Shown here in pieces: positions 25,760 through 41,673 of a stretch of DNA of 64,000 bases (positions within the stretch are counted from its first letter, which is position 1; each line of letters starts with the position of its first letter). Source of the DNA: Eledone cirrhosa (taxonomy: Eukaryota); the NCBI GenBank assembly GCA_964016885.1, contig OZ024743.1, positions 248,744,001 to 248,808,000 on the forward strand, written 5' to 3'. Made by a program: the position numbers and the translations under genes. The notes under the pieces were generated by a model that was given only the letters and a program-made list of their open reading frames with translations, searched no databases and had not been told where the DNA came from.

Positions 25760-26050
25760 ACAACAAATAAGGATCTCTATGGCAATATACCGCCTATCAG
25801 CAAGTCAATATGTAAACAGAGACTCAGATTTGCTGGCCACTGTTGGCGCAGCAAGGAAGATAGCAGGCGATGTATTGTTATGGAGTTCATCTCATGGAGC
25901 AAGAAACGCTGGTCGTGCCAAGAAGACATACGTCAAGCAATTTGAGGATGATACTGGATGCACTGCGGAAGAACTGGCAAACACTATGAGAGACAGAGAT
26001 GGATGGAGGAAACGTGTCGTAGAAGGCAGAGCAAGCTCGACCTGATGGAT
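25760..26050 (+). mobile_element. 3' end of a further RTE-clade LINE
   Basis: RLRFAGHCWRS / DVLLW..HG.R.AGRAKKTYVKQFEDDTG..MRDRDGWRKRV. Confidence 0.8.
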
Positions 26051-26085
26051 ACATTTTTCATATATCCAAAATAGCCTCCCACAGT

Positions 26086-26314
26086 TTAACCCATTAGCAT
26101 TTAAACTGGCCGTATCCAACCAGAATTCTCTCACCTCTTTCTGTTCAAACCAGCCGTGACCGGCCACTCATACTGATGTTAAGGTATTGTTCTCAAAATA
26201 AATATCCTCAAAATCTCGAAGATTCGATATTATGTGAGATAATTATGTAAGATAAAGCCTTTACCACAAAAATACAATAGTAAATATAGAGTAATGTCAA
26301 TGATAAAGGATTAA
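26086..26314 (+). mobile_element. piggyBac-like MITE
   Basis: TTAA-flanked; same family as 25069 and 56133. Confidence 0.8.
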
Positions 26315-26950
26315 AACATACTTCTATGCTGAACTGTTGCTCTCCATTATGCATAAATGTGCATCTTAGAACATTGCTCAAATAAAGTCAGATAGTGCAA
26401 TTACCATACATATTTTATACTGCATTCAAGAATAAGCCAGTTACTTGGTCAGTGACATCACATTCACCTATAAAATGAAAACACTAACCAACTACCACAC
26501 AAAGCCAATGATACTTAAATGAGAGTGTACAATTCCCCAGTGGCAGGGCATGAGGCTTAAAATAGAGTCCAGGAATATATATAAGTGAAATACAGGCCCA
26601 GCCCATCTGAGAGGTCAGTTGATCTGATTGAGGACTGACCAATCTATGACCATCTGTCCAACCCTTGCTAGTAAGGAAATAGATGTTAAAAGATAATGAT
26701 GATAATGTATATATATATGTGTGTGTGTGTGTGTAAGCCAAATAAAGAGCCAGGTGGTCTCTTCAGTTGTGTCAAATACATAACAACTTCCCTAGTGTTA
26801 ATGCCACAATAAAATGCTCTCAATTGAACATGGAAATGTATGCGGGTGAGATGCAGGCCTCCGGCCCATCTGAGTGGTCAGTGGCTCCACTTCAGTATAG
26901 ATTGAGTTTGTGATGACCCGTTCAACCCTCGCTAGCTAGTAAAACAGACA

Positions 26951-27080
26951 TTAACTCTTTAGCATTTAAACCGACTGTGTCTGACCAGAATGTTCTCACC
27001 TGTTTCTGTTCAAACCAGCTGTAACTGGCCACTCATACTGATGGTAAGGTATTGTTCTCAAAATAAATAATATCAAAATT
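26951..27080 (+). mobile_element. piggyBac-like MITE, 5' half
   Basis: Same family; truncated by the following RTE fragment. Confidence 0.7.
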
Positions 27081-27680
27081 TCAAAGCATAAACGAATTGA
27101 GAGAGAGACTGAGCATAAGAGGAATCAAATGCTGTGTGCAGGAGAGGAAGTTGTGTTGGTATGGACATGTGATGCATATGAAGGATGACAGCTGCACAAA
27201 AAGGTGCAGAGCACTAAAAGTCAATGGAAGCCTTGGAGTGGGAGACCCAAGAAGACCTGGGATGAGGTGATAAAATCTGACCTTGCCCAATTGCACCTCT
27301 CAAAGGCGATGACACAGGACCATGACCTCTGGTGTCATGCAGTAATACAGAAGACCCGACTTCCCACGGGTACAAGCCGAAGCTGAAGCATATAGACAAT
27401 ATGCCCACACACCCTCCCACTGCAAAGTGGTCGTGGTGTCAAGACAAAAGTAGCACCCAACTCACACTGTAAAGTGGCCATGTAGGTGCCACGGTAAAAA
27501 AGCACCCAGCACTCACTGTAAATGAGGTTGGTGTTAGGAAGAGCATCCAGCTGTAGAAATCAAGCCAAAATCAGTTCCCATATGAGCCAGACAAGATCAC
27601 CCAACCTGGCATTGCCCAAAACAGGACAACCCATCTAACCCATGCTAGCATGGAAGAATGGACGTAAAATGGTGATGATA
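27081..27680 (+). mobile_element. RTE subfamily B 3' end
   Basis: Matches 52155-52780. Confidence 0.9.
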
Positions 27681-28272
27681 TATCATCATCATCAACATCA
27701 TCATCATTTAATGTCTGTTTTCCTTAATAGTAAGGGCTACTAGCAGAAATACCATCTTCCAGAAGGTTTTCTGCTTGTGCAAGTGTATGTATGTTTTTGT
27801 AATGTATCTATCAAGGTGTATAATTTTAACATGCAAATGGTACAAATTTGCATCAACATATTTTGTCTTGCAATTATTTAATGCTATGACATTTATTCTC
27901 CACAAAATGGTGTCTCTTGATTTAATTAAGCAAAGATGGGATATGAACCAGTAATAAGCAGAGACACAAATGAAACAGCTCAACATGGCACTTTCTGTGA
28001 GATTCAAACCCATACCGATTTTGGAATGAAACTGTTTGTTTGTTTGTTTGTTTTTTTTGTTTTTTATCGAATCTTGAATGCGCCATAGCTTTTATTCTAG
28101 ATGTGTGCAGTATAGCAAATCACTTATAATTAAGAAACCTAATTTCTTTCATAACAAAAGAGCAATATGAAGTTGCAATGACATTTCATTTTGCAGTGTA
28201 TTTATTTACTTTAATACATAAGTACTCTACTTGCATTTTCCAAAGCTAACAAAGGATAGACACAACCATGTC

Positions 28273-28318
<46 letters not shown>

Positions 28319-28327
28319 GTGAGTGTG

Positions 28328-28377
<50 letters not shown>

Positions 28378-28521
28378 TATATAGCATAGAGACATACATA
28401 CATACATACATACACACACACTCACACATACATACATACACACACACATATATACACACATACATACACACATACATACACACACACACACATATACATA
28501 TCTACACACACACGATAGCAA

Positions 28522-31285
28522 TTAACAGCGCTGCGATCGAATGTGGCTTTTTAGCCCAGCCAATGATCTAAAGTGTCTTGTACGGAGTTGGCAACCAAAA
28601 CATTCACTGGGAATAGCCGGCTGTGGCTGGAGTTTATGTACTTTCGCATGTCGTTTGAGCCCTCCTGCTGATTTACATTCTCTACCACATGCTTGGCAAG
28701 CATGAGTAGCATCTCCAACAGCACCCTGGTAGTCAACCACTGGTCTTACTTTATGACTGCGAAGATGACTTTCGAATCCAGCTTTGCTTAGGCAGAGTCT
28801 CGCACAGACGCTGTATGTCAGCACCATAGGAGGAGCTTTGCCATCTGGAAATGCAACAGCAATGCCCTTGCTCACATCCTGCTTTACTTTCTCGTATGCG
28901 ATTCGAGCTGCCTCAAAGGCAACTTTCTCCTCATATACAGTCTTTCTCCATTTATTACGATCAGCAGCAACATTTTCCCATGTATCAGCAGAGATGTTAG
29001 CGTCTTTCAAAGAGGCTTTCAAGGAATCCTTATACCTCTTTTTTTGGTTTATGTGGCGGTCGTTTTCCTTTAACTAACTCTCCATAAAAGAGTTGTTTTG
29101 GTATTCTAGAATCCTTCATCCTGGCAAGGTGACCACTCCAACGGAGTCGTTGCTTAAGCACAAGAGCTCTATACTATCACAGAGAGCTTTCCAAAATCTT
29201 GACATCACTGGTGTGGTCCTTCCAGTGAACGCCATGGATCAGTCTGAGACACATCTGATGGAAGCGCTCCAATTGCTTAAGGTGGTGTCGATATGTGACC
29301 CAGGTCTCGCAGGCATAAAGAAGAGAAGAGAGCAGACATGCCTTGTACACCTTTACCTTTGTCTTCTTGCATATGTCTCGCTGACCCCAGAGTCGCCTTT
29401 CTAGCTTTCTGAAAGCATCACTTGTTTTCCTAATCCTGAGTGGGATTTCACTGTCAAGGTTGCTGTATCGATTGACAGTGCATCCCAGGTAGACAAACTG
29501 ATCAACCACTCCAAGTCGTTTACCATACACATAGATATTTGGTTCACTGTACTGCTTACCAGGGGCAGGTTAGTACATGACGATGGTTTTCTTGAGACTG
29601 ACAGTCAATCCTAGTGCAAGCCTCAGAAAATGCATTCAAAATGTGCTGCATATCACTCTCTGTGTGCGCTACAAGATCGCAATCATCTGCATACAAGAGG
29701 TCTCTTATGATTAATGTAAATACATTGATGATTGATGTTTTTGCAGCAAAGTGCCTGATGTTAAACATGCTGCCTGAGGTTCAATATTGGATGTAAACAC
29801 CATGCTCGCAATTCTTGAATGCAATATAGAAAACCATTGCAAAGTATATGGCAAACAGGGTCAGTGCTGGAATATGCCCCTGTTTCACTCCATTTTTTAC
29901 TGAGATGGGCTCCAGCATGTTACCTCCGACATTAACCCAAGCCTTCATGTCATCATGGAAAGACCTAACTAAAGCAAGGAACCTATCAGGGCAACCAAGT
30001 TTCTGGAGAACCTTCCATAATGCATTTCTGTTAACAGTATCGAAGTCTTTTGTCAATTCGACAAAAACCTGATACAGATCCAAACCTTGTTCCATGCACT
30101 TCTCCTGGAGCTGTCTAGCTAAGAAGATCATATCAGGAGTGCTGCGTCCAGCACGAAAACCAGATTGACTTTCAGGAAGAACACAATCGGCAATGTGTGT
30201 CAGCAGACGGTTCAGAAGCACCCTACATAAAACTTTTCCTACGACAGAAAGCAATGATATACCTCTGTAGTTCCAACAATCATTCCTGTTACCCTTTCCC
30301 TTGTACAAGACTACCATTACTGCATCTCTCCAGTCCTCAGGTACGGATTCATTAGCCCATATCCTGCCAAACAAAGAGTAAAGATGTTGCAGGAGTCTCT
30401 CACCACCATATTGTAGGAGCTCAGAATGTATGCCATCCATACCTGGAGACCTTCCACTGTTCAGCTTCGAGATAGCCACTGCAACCTCCACAGCGTCGGA
30501 TGTTCTGTGAGAGGTACTTTCACAGGACTCTCTGGAATGAGATTGAGGAAATCTTCATTGACGACAGACGGCTGATTCAAAAACTCATGAAAGTGCTCTC
30601 GCCACCTTCGTAAAATTCCTTGTGAGTCACGAAGAAGTTCTTTGCCATCCTTGCTGTGAAGTGGTGTCACCAGAAAAGAAGACGGTCCATAAACTTCACG
30701 CAAGAGACTGTACAACAGCTTTGTGTTATTGGAATCTGACGCAGTTTGTATCTCACCAGCCTTCTCACTCCACCACTGATCCTTCATCTGAGAAAGACTC
30801 CGCCTAACACGTGATTCACATCATTTAGTTCCTTATGCAATATATTCTTCTCCTGTGGTTTTGCCGTCAAGTAGCGTGACAGAGCAGCAAGTCTTCTATA
30901 TGTTCATCATTCTCATTAAACCAGTCTTGATGTTTTCTCTGCACCAATCCCAGAACACGCCTGCCTACATCATAAACCGACTTTTTAAGGGTCGGCCAGT
31001 CCTCACCAAGATCTGCAACCTACATCTCTTCTCGCAATGTCCTCTTCACATTTTTATCCCTAAGACGAGCAGCATTCAATCTTATGAGCAGGGCCACACC
31101 AGGAGCTCGGATTTTACGTTTAGTGATTAGTTTCACTTTTGCACGTACCAGGCGGTGGTCCGTCCAGCACTCAGCTCCACGAAGAGCACGAACATACTGC
31201 ACATCCCGTCTGTCACGCATCCTGACTAGGACGTAGTCCAAAAGATGCCATTCCTTAGATGCAGGATGCATCCATGTAGTCTTGT
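28522..31285 (-). mobile_element. BovB-like RTE LINE, degenerate, with three C-terminal C2H2 fingers
   Basis: TTWMHPASKEWHLLDYVL, TDHRLV, NYRGISLLS, LPESQSGFRAGRST, LLYADD and FVYLG. Zinc fingers lie in ORF 28522-29022. Flanked by (TACA)n. Confidence 0.93.
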
Positions 31286-31984
31286 ATACATACATACACA
31301 CATACATACATACATACATACATACATACATACATACATACATACATACATACATACATACATACATACATACATACATACATAAACACTCACACACATA
31401 TATATACATACATACACATGTACATACAAAACTTGAATCAGCGACAGAAATGTTTCTAGTTAATTTTTCAATTATAAATAGTAATGGCACAACGGAGATT
31501 AATTACCATATATTATATACTTGCATTCCCATTTGTAGTTGTTTCCTTATCAGTTATTAATAGTAGTTATTATAACAATGATTAAATACCAAAGGTATAC
31601 CAACCATGGCTGGCACTACTATTAGACCAAATAGGTAGCTGTCTAGTGTGTAAACCTCAAATTGAAATTATTTTATTTGAGAGAATAAGTCAGGTAACTG
31701 AGAGAAGTAGAGCTAGTTTAGCATACTATATATCCAGACACCAGTCCTGATACCAACACATGTTTTAACTATTGTTAAGTTCCTTGAACTACGAGCCGGA
31801 TAGTCTGATAAAGGATATAAAATTCTGTGTTTCGGATCATTAGGAAAGAGATCTTAAAATAGCCCTCTCTTTGATGTTAGCACCTTTGGTTGCCAAATAC
31901 TTTAAATCTGGTAAAAATAGTTTGAGTCTTATTTCTGTTTGTCTATTTCATTATATTCTGAGGGTAATTTATTCAAATTCATTT

Positions 31985-33436
<1,452 letters not shown>

Positions 33437-33559
33437 TCTTTAATAAACAACAAATTAAAATTTTAAATAATGTACCTTCCATAAGTCTAGATTATTATTG
33501 TACTGTTGCCTTATCACAGACTTTTGGGGTGGAATGGGAGGTCTGGAGAATGGGATAGT

Positions 33560-34330
33560 GCCCATGGTCTGGGGAGATCAATGCTGTTAATGCTCTTGCA
33601 AGAACACTACTTCTGGAAAGACACAGGCAAAGAGGAATTTCCAGAAGCCAACATCCTGAGCTGGAAGTACTAAGTATAATTGTCAGAGTATAGCCTGGGA
33701 GGTTGTACACAAAATGAGTCGGTATGAGTGGTAGTATGAGACCAACAAGCACCAAGGAGCAGAAATAATTGTAGTAGTGGTAGAAGAGGCAGAGAGGGGA
33801 GTCAGCATGCCTATAGACCAGAGGCTGGAATGTGTCTCTGAGTAATTTTATGCCAATTTAGAGAACGGCAATTAGTCGAATAGCCGTTCTCTAAATGTGG
33901 GCTAGGATGTCAGTATGAGCAACAGCAGCACCATCCCAGATGTGGGAGCAGCATTCCATTTTGGGTCTTACCTGAGCTTTATAGAGAGTCATTAGTTGTT
34001 CAAGATTGAAGTATTTTCTGGCTCTCATGAGAGTGAAGGGCTAGTTTGTTAGATGCAGTCTTGGTAATGTTAGGAATATGTGTTCACCATGAGAGTGACT
34101 GTGAGGGCACTAGTTTGATGCTGCTCATGCTTTTAAAAAGGATGTTGTGTGGTGTTTTATTGAAATAAGCAGTGTTTGTATGTTTGTTTTAGTTGTCTTT
34201 TTTTGCTGTTTAAAAGAAGAGTGACATGATCCCATGAGAGGATGTTTTCTATGTCTCTGTTCATATCTGAGATATTGAGATTGCATGTTGATGACACTTG
34301 GATAGGAAATATTAAGGTAAAATGAAGGGA
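33560..34330 (-). mobile_element. Old Jockey/CR1-group LINE 3' RT fragment
   Basis: The minus strand reads LYKAQVRPKMECCSHIWDGA near 33930-33986. Confidence 0.7.
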
Positions 34331-35298
34331 ATTATGATCTGAATGGGAGTGGCATTATTTGTGCACAAGTACTTAATGAGTAAACATCACAGGAGATGTA
34401 TAAAAAAAATCCTGAAACATTATCACATGTTTGCTGAGATAGATGTGACATGAACACAGCTTAAAACATCCATAGCAAAACTTACTTATGTTTATTATAT
34501 ATAAACTTATTGTATATGCTTTCATATATGCCTATATTATGAATCAAACTATGTTAGTGCTATTGCCATTGCTAATCATATTGTGTAAGGGTCTATATAC
34601 AGTCTGAATATATACAGTCTATATATAGTCTATATATACAGTATATATACAGTCTATATACAGTCTATATATAGTCTGAATCACACTGTGTAAGTGATGT
34701 CGCTGATCAATACATTTATATAAAATAGATATTTGGGACAATGTTTTTTTAAATGGAATTTCTCTGTCTTAAAGAAAAATTCTTTGAAGTTTGGTTTCCT
34801 TTGATGTATATGAGCACAGAAAGATTAGCATTTAATCCATTATCCATTACATATCGAGTTATTTAAACTTCTGGCTGCAAATCTTTAGTGCTTAATGTAG
34901 GCAGATATAAACTAGAATAAAAGCCATATATGTAGATCTCTACATAAGTATATGAGAGTTAAAGTATATTATGTAATTATTTCACGGACTACAATACTTC
35001 ATTAATCTGATCATTAGGAGATAAATCTTTTCAAAGGTATGAAGTTAATTGATCAATATTAATCTCCTGTCCAGGCTATCCATATATATTATTAGAGAAA
35101 ATTAAGGAAATTATGATTTAGTTGCCTTGTTCAGACCATAGAGACATAGCATTACAATCTCATGCATGATGAATTGAATAATTTTATAATACAAAACAAC
35201 ATGCTAGTACCTAATTTTCTGTGCTACTGTCACTAAATAGACTTTATAACTAATAAATATTTGATCTCTATAGGGATTCATCTCTTCATACTGCAGCT

Positions 35299-35996
35299 TT
35301 AACCCTTTTGTGACTTTTTTCTAATGAAACACTATTTCAATAAATTAAGGAAGAATTTTGAAGTACTACACTAAAATTATTAATGATGTCATTAGTAAGA
35401 TAGTAACTTAACCCTTTAACATTTACATTACTCTATATATACTATTGTATTTTCACAGTAAAGTCTTTACCTCACATAATATTTACATTACTCTATATAT
35501 ACTATTGTATTTTCACGGTAAAGACTTTGCCTCACATAATTATCTCACATAATATTGAAGCTACAAGATTTTAATATTTATTTTGGAAACAATACCTTAA
35601 CAGAAGTATGAGGGGCTGGTTACAGCCAGTTTGAACAGGAAAAGATGAGAGAGTTCTGGCCGGATATGGCTGGTTTAAATGGTAAGGGGTTAATATATGA
35701 TTCTTATACGAAATTATGTTCGAAAATTTTAATTTAAATAGAAGCCCTTTAAACCAAGTGGATTTGTTTCATAGGATTGATGTCTAATGAAATACACTCT
35801 ATTATAAGGAAGAATTTTGATACATTTGCTAAATTATTAATTATTTCATTATAACGATAGCAACTTAATTTATAGTTCTTATATAATAAAATTATGTTGG
35901 AAGATTTTATTTTAAATAAGAACTCTTTAAAATGAGTGGTTTCATTTCATAGGAGCTGAGCCAGTTTTGGCCAGGCTGGTAATAAAAGTATTTAAA
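35299..35996. mobile_element. TTAA-CCCTT MITE containing a nested piggyBac-like MITE (35408-35693, minus)
   Basis: TTAACCCTTTT start, internal repeats and a nested copy of the 56133 family. Confidence 0.6.
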
Positions 35997-36371
35997 TACT
36001 TTACAGTAAAACTTCTATTCTCTTACAGGAGGCATACCAAATTATTTATTGGCGGAACATTCAAGTATCTCTTCAATTTGTGTAGTTATATATAAGAAAT
36101 ACCAAATATATTTTAAGAATTTACAATTCGCAGATGTAAAGTGAGGATGATGATGATTAATACTCCAGTCACGTTGCTTCACTTCTCGTTGCTTTACTGA
36201 CCTTTTCAAATAATTCTTTCTTTATAGTGTCTCTAAAATAGTTGCTTTTGCGTATCTTGCACAAATTCTCCATTTCTGTCTCTTCTTGTTCTCTTTCATT
36301 TTATATATATCTCTCTCTACTCTCTGACAATTTTCCCTGCACACATTTCAATCTTTTCAATTTTCTTCATT

Positions 36372-36373
<2 letters not shown>

Positions 36374-36466
<93 letters not shown>

Positions 36467-36477
36467 CTCTCTCTCTC
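36374..36477. repeat. (CT)n microsatellite
   Basis: Visible directly in the sequence. Confidence 0.97.
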
Positions 36478-37000
36478 ATATCCACTCATTCGCTCTTTCT
36501 TACCCTTTCTTGCTCTAGTATTCTTGTTCTCTGAATCTCATTCAAAAGTGGATGAATTACTAAGTATTTTCAGTACTAATGAAGCATTCATAGATATAGA
36601 CGAAGGCATAACATTTGCAGTTAATTACCACTTCATTCTATCAATTTGTGTACTGTATTGAGTCTCTATTGTAGCATTTAATTTCTGTGTGGATTTTGCT
36701 CTAAACTATAAATGGATCATCAGTCTATATATACTATAACCTTACTATATGAGTGAGCCAAAGAGGGATCATATCCATTAAAGAAGATAAAGTCGGCATG
36801 ACTTCATTACAGTGTTTGCAAGGGTTCTTTTAATGGAGTCAGAGATTTGATACGAGGTGTCTAAGTTGTATGTGATGGCAAGTTGATCATTGTTGTATAG
36901 AAGGAAGTATGTTATTTAACATTGATACATGCATACATACATATATATATATGTGTGTGTGAGTGTGTGTGTATTTATATATATATATATGTATTTATAT

Positions 37001-37120
37001 GGGAAAATGTTTGGCCCCGACAGCAGAGCTCAAGCCGTTTCGACGGCTATTTCTAGACTATATTGAGTACTCTGGTGCGTTATGGTCCATCTGGTTCCTT
37101 ACCACACTTCCTTCATTATA
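37001..37120 (+). mobile_element. Fold-back family copy with one arm lost
   Basis: ccccgacagcagagctcaagccgtttcg..GAGTACTCtggtgcgttatggtcc; homologous to 38277-38405 and 41105-41288. Confidence 0.7.
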
Positions 37121-37127
37121 TATATAT

Positions 37128-37320
37128 ATCATCATCATCACTGTTTTTCGTCCATTCTTCCATGCTAGCATGGGTTAGACGGGTTGTCCTGTTGTGGGCA
37201 CTGTCTGGTCGGCTGACCTTGTCTTGCTCATACGGGAACTGATTCTGGCTTGATTTCTACAGCTGGTTGCCCTTCCTAACACCAACCTCATTTACAGTGA
37301 GTGCTGGGGGCTTTTTTCCA
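37128..37320 (-). mobile_element. RTE subfamily B 3' tail
   Basis: Matches the reverse complement of 52580-52760. Confidence 0.85.
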
Positions 37321-37620
37321 TATATATCGCTATTTCAGAGCACCAATTCTAATTTTCAATTTCTGCTTGACCGGCAACCGCTCTGTATAATCAGTTCCTG
37401 ATTATTACTAGAATTCTATAAGAATCAAACATTCATGATTTTCAGCAAACAGGTGGAGTAGTTATCTTTGATAAGCACCAAAAAGTGCGAAACAGAGCTC
37501 TGTCAGCTTTATCTCCCCTGTTTGCTGAAAATTAAAGTAAGTGAGACTGTCACTACTCTAAAACAATAGCGTAAGGTCTTCGAAATGCTTTTAATTAAGC
37601 ATACAGTGTATTGCAAAATA

Positions 37621-37784
<164 letters not shown>

Positions 37785-37888
37785 TCTGTAGACATGATTT
37801 ATAATAATATATATACTCTTTTACTCTTTTACCTGTTTCAGCCATCCGGCTGAGGCCATGCTGGGGCACCGCCCTTGAAACTATATAA

Positions 37889-38150
37889 ACTTAGAATACA
37901 TGGCAACTAAGCATGTTTTTGGACGGTTTTCAGAATTTTATGATGGTATCTGATTAATCAGAGCAGATGAATCTCATATGCACCCTCCATCTTCAACCTT
38001 TATGTAAAAAATATGTATGTTTCCAGAAACATTTTTTTTTTTTTCAACGAGTGATGGTGCATGTGAGATTAATTTGGTACGATTAATCAGATACCATCAT
38101 AAAACTCTGAAAACCGTCAAAAACATGCTGAGTTGCCATGTATTCTAAGT
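37889..38150. mobile_element. MITE with ~95-bp inverted arms
   Basis: ACTTAGAATACATGGCAACT... / ...AGTTGCCATGTATTCTAAGT. Confidence 0.85.
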
Positions 38151-38239
38151 AGTAGAAAATACCTCTATGTTTACATTTTGAGGGTTCATTCTTTTATAAT
38201 TACAATCCACACTCAGATAACTTTAAATGAGGGTGATGA

Positions 38240-38276
<37 letters not shown>

Positions 38277-38405
38277 GGAAAAGGTATGACCCCGACGGCA
38301 GAGCTCAAGCCGTTTCGAAACGTTTCCCACTCTACTACCCTAAGTATTGAGTACTCTGGTGCGTTATGGTCCTTCTGGTTCCTTACCACAATTCCTTCGT
38401 TATAT
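38277..38405 (+). mobile_element. Fold-back family copy with one arm lost
   Basis: Homologous to 37001-37120. Confidence 0.7.
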
Positions 38406-38515
38406 ATATATACATATATATATATCATCTAAGTGACATCTTGTGAATATGTTCCATTTGGAGGCTGGTTTCTGTGGTTAGATGTCATTCCTGATACTAA
38501 TCGTTTTATAGCATA

Positions 38516-39520
38516 CTAGCAGTGGTACCCAGCGTTGCACAGGATAAGGTATTTTGGAATGCGGGCTGCCAACAGACCTAATCGTGGAAAAACTGCATGC
38601 CTGGACAATATGTAAAGAAAATAAACCGAATACTCTGATGGCTGGATAATCTTTAAGATTTTCTTCGATGAAGCAGGAAAAATGCAGGTTTTCATCTAAT
38701 GCGGGCCCTATTGGATCATTTTATGTGCATAATATGCCTTGAAATTTCGGGAAAATCAGCTAGACGTAACACCGCAAAAAAGCCCTAAAAAGCTGAAAAA
38801 ATGAAGTTTTTCACCTGCGGGCCCTAGGCCATAAAAAAGTTGGATTTTCTTTGCTCACTGTATGAAGAAGAGACTGACTAATACATAGTTACAATTTCAA
38901 GGAAATCAGTCTGACGGAACGCCTAAAATAAAACCTTAAAACTTGAAAAAGAGCAGTTTTCACCTAAAGAATGAAACGAAATTTCATTTCTCACTCTTAG
39001 TACGGCTGTCGGTAAACCCATACGTACATATATATGTGTGCATGTATGTATATATATACATACTACTGTAAGTCTGTATACATATATGTATGTACGTATA
39101 CATACTTACATTTAAGTAACTGCCGTACTAAGAGTGAGAAATGAAATTTCGTTTCATTCTTTTCCATTTATCGTTTTCGGTACACCCAGCCGACTAACTC
39201 ACTCGATATGCAAATTAGGCAACTCAGCCGTTAATATGCATAAGTAAAGTATATACTTTCAAACTTTCAATCATCTGACAGGAAGGTATACGATGCTGAC
39301 GATAGCTAATAAGCTTGAAACTAATGCATCGTTCCTGTGTCAGTGTTGAACAAAAAGGCGACGATGGTTGCTGAACACTGTACGGCGTAATTCGGGCTGT
39401 TTGTTTACAAACAAACCGAACATTATAATAAATGTTCGGTAAACCCATACGTACATATATATATGTGTGCATGTATGTATATATATACATACTACTGTAC
39501 GTCTGTATACATATATAAGA
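38516..39520 (-). mobile_element. Non-autonomous Helitron
   Basis: The minus-strand 3' end has an imperfect hairpin CCTGTGCAACGCTGGG followed by CTAG|T. A candidate 5' TC (TCTTATAT) lies at 39520. Confidence 0.6.
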
Positions 39521-41024
39521 CACGCCTTACCTAAATACAAAGTAAAACCTACTACAGTCAGTAGGCATCTCTAACAAAATACACACACGTCCCACCACCC
39601 CCACTCCATCCACACCGCCCCTTTCAATGTAAAGTTATGTTGGTGCCACAACATCCAGGCCGAAACAAATGAGATCGTGTAGGTCTCACGACAAAAAAAC
39701 ACACAGTCCACGCTGTAATGTGACCGTGTAGGCAACACGGTAAAAACCTCCCAGTCCCACACTGTAAATGTGGTTGGTGTTAGGAAGGGCATCCAACTGT
39801 AGAAAACCCCCCAGACAGTCCACACTGTAATGTAGCCATGTAGGCAACACGGTAAAAACCTCCCAGTCCCACACTGTAAATGTGGTTGGTGTTAGGAAGG
39901 GCATCCAGCTGTAGAAAACCCGCCAGACAGTCCACGCTGTAATGTAGCCATGTAGGCATAACGGTAAAAACCTCCCAGTCCCACACTGTAAATGTGGTTG
40001 GTGTTAGGAAGGGCATCCAGCTGTAGAAAACCCGCCAGACAGTCCACGCTGTAATGTAGCCATGTAGGCAACACGGTAAAAACCTCCCAGTCCCACACTG
40101 TAAATGTGGTTGGTGTTAGGAAGGGCATCCAGCTGTAGAAAACCCGCCAGACAGTCCACGCTGTAATGTAGCCATGTAGGCAACACGGTAAAAACCTCCC
40201 AGTCCCACACTGTAAATGTGGTTGGTGTTAGGAAAGGCATCCAGCTGTAGAAAACCCGCCAGACAGTCCACGCTGTAATGTAGCCATGTAGGCAACACAG
40301 TAAAAACCTCACAGCCCCACACTGTAAATGTGGTTGGTGTTAGGAAGGGCATCCAGCTGTAGAAAACCCGCCAGACAGTCCATGCTGTAATGTAGCCATG
40401 TAGGCAACACGGTAAAAACCTCCCAGTCCCACACTGTAAATGTGGTTGGTGTTAGGAAGGGCATCCAGCTGTAGAAAACCCGCCAGACAGTCCATGCTGT
40501 AATGTAGCCATGTAGGCAACACGGTAAAAACCTCCCAGCCCCACACTGTAAATGTGGTTGGTGTTAGGAAGGGCATCCAGCTGTAGAAAACCCGCCAGAC
40601 AGTCCATGCTGTAATGTAGCCATGTAGGCAACACGGTAAAAACCTCCCAGTCCCACACTGTAAATGTGGTTGGTGTTAGGAAGGGCATCCAGCTGTAGAA
40701 AACCCGCCAGACAGTCCACGCTGTAATGTAGCCATGTAGGCAACACGGTAAAAACCTCCCAGTCCCACACTGTAAATGTGGTTGGTGTTAGGAAGGGCAT
40801 CCAGCTGTAGAAAACCCGCCAGACAGTCCACGCTGTAATGTAGCTGTGTAGGCAACACAGTAAAAACCTCCCAGTCCCACACTGTAAATGTGGTTGGTGT
40901 TAGGAAGGGCATCCAGCTGTAGAAAACCCACCAGACAGTCCTATATGAGCAAGACAACCACTCTTGCCTCAAGTGGGAAAACTCCCGTCCAAACCCATGC
41001 AAGCGTGGAACATGGACGTTAAAC

Positions 41025-41058
<34 letters not shown>
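39521..41058 (+). mobile_element. RTE subfamily A 3' UTR with an internal tandem amplification
   Basis: The UTR matches the reverse complement of 14866-15250 and ends in a (GAT)n tail. Confidence 0.93.
39703..40941. repeat. 112-bp tandem repeat, about 11 copies
   Basis: Period of 112, also seen in the ORF track ends 39780, 39892, 40004 and onward. Confidence 0.97.
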
Positions 41059-41104
41059 TATGTACGTATACATACTTACATATATATATATATATATATA
41101 TATC

Positions 41105-41288
41105 AGAGAGGGTGTGGTAAAAAACCAGGTGGACCATAACCCACCAGAGTACTCCATAATTGGGTAGTAGAGTGGGTGATATGAAAAGATTCAGGACTCC
41201 GACGGCTGAGCTCCGGCTGTTTTGACAACTAGATCTAGCTGTTGAAGCGGCCGGAGCTCAGCTGTCGGGGTCCTGAATCTTTTCATAT
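41105..41288 (-). mobile_element. Fold-back element: GAGTACTC block plus a 110-bp palindrome (41179-41288)
   Basis: ATATGAAAAGATTCAGGA.. / ..TCCTGAATCTTTTCATAT. Confidence 0.8.
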
Positions 41289-41313
41289 ATATTTATATAT
41301 ATATATATATATA

Positions 41314-41673
<360 letters not shown>

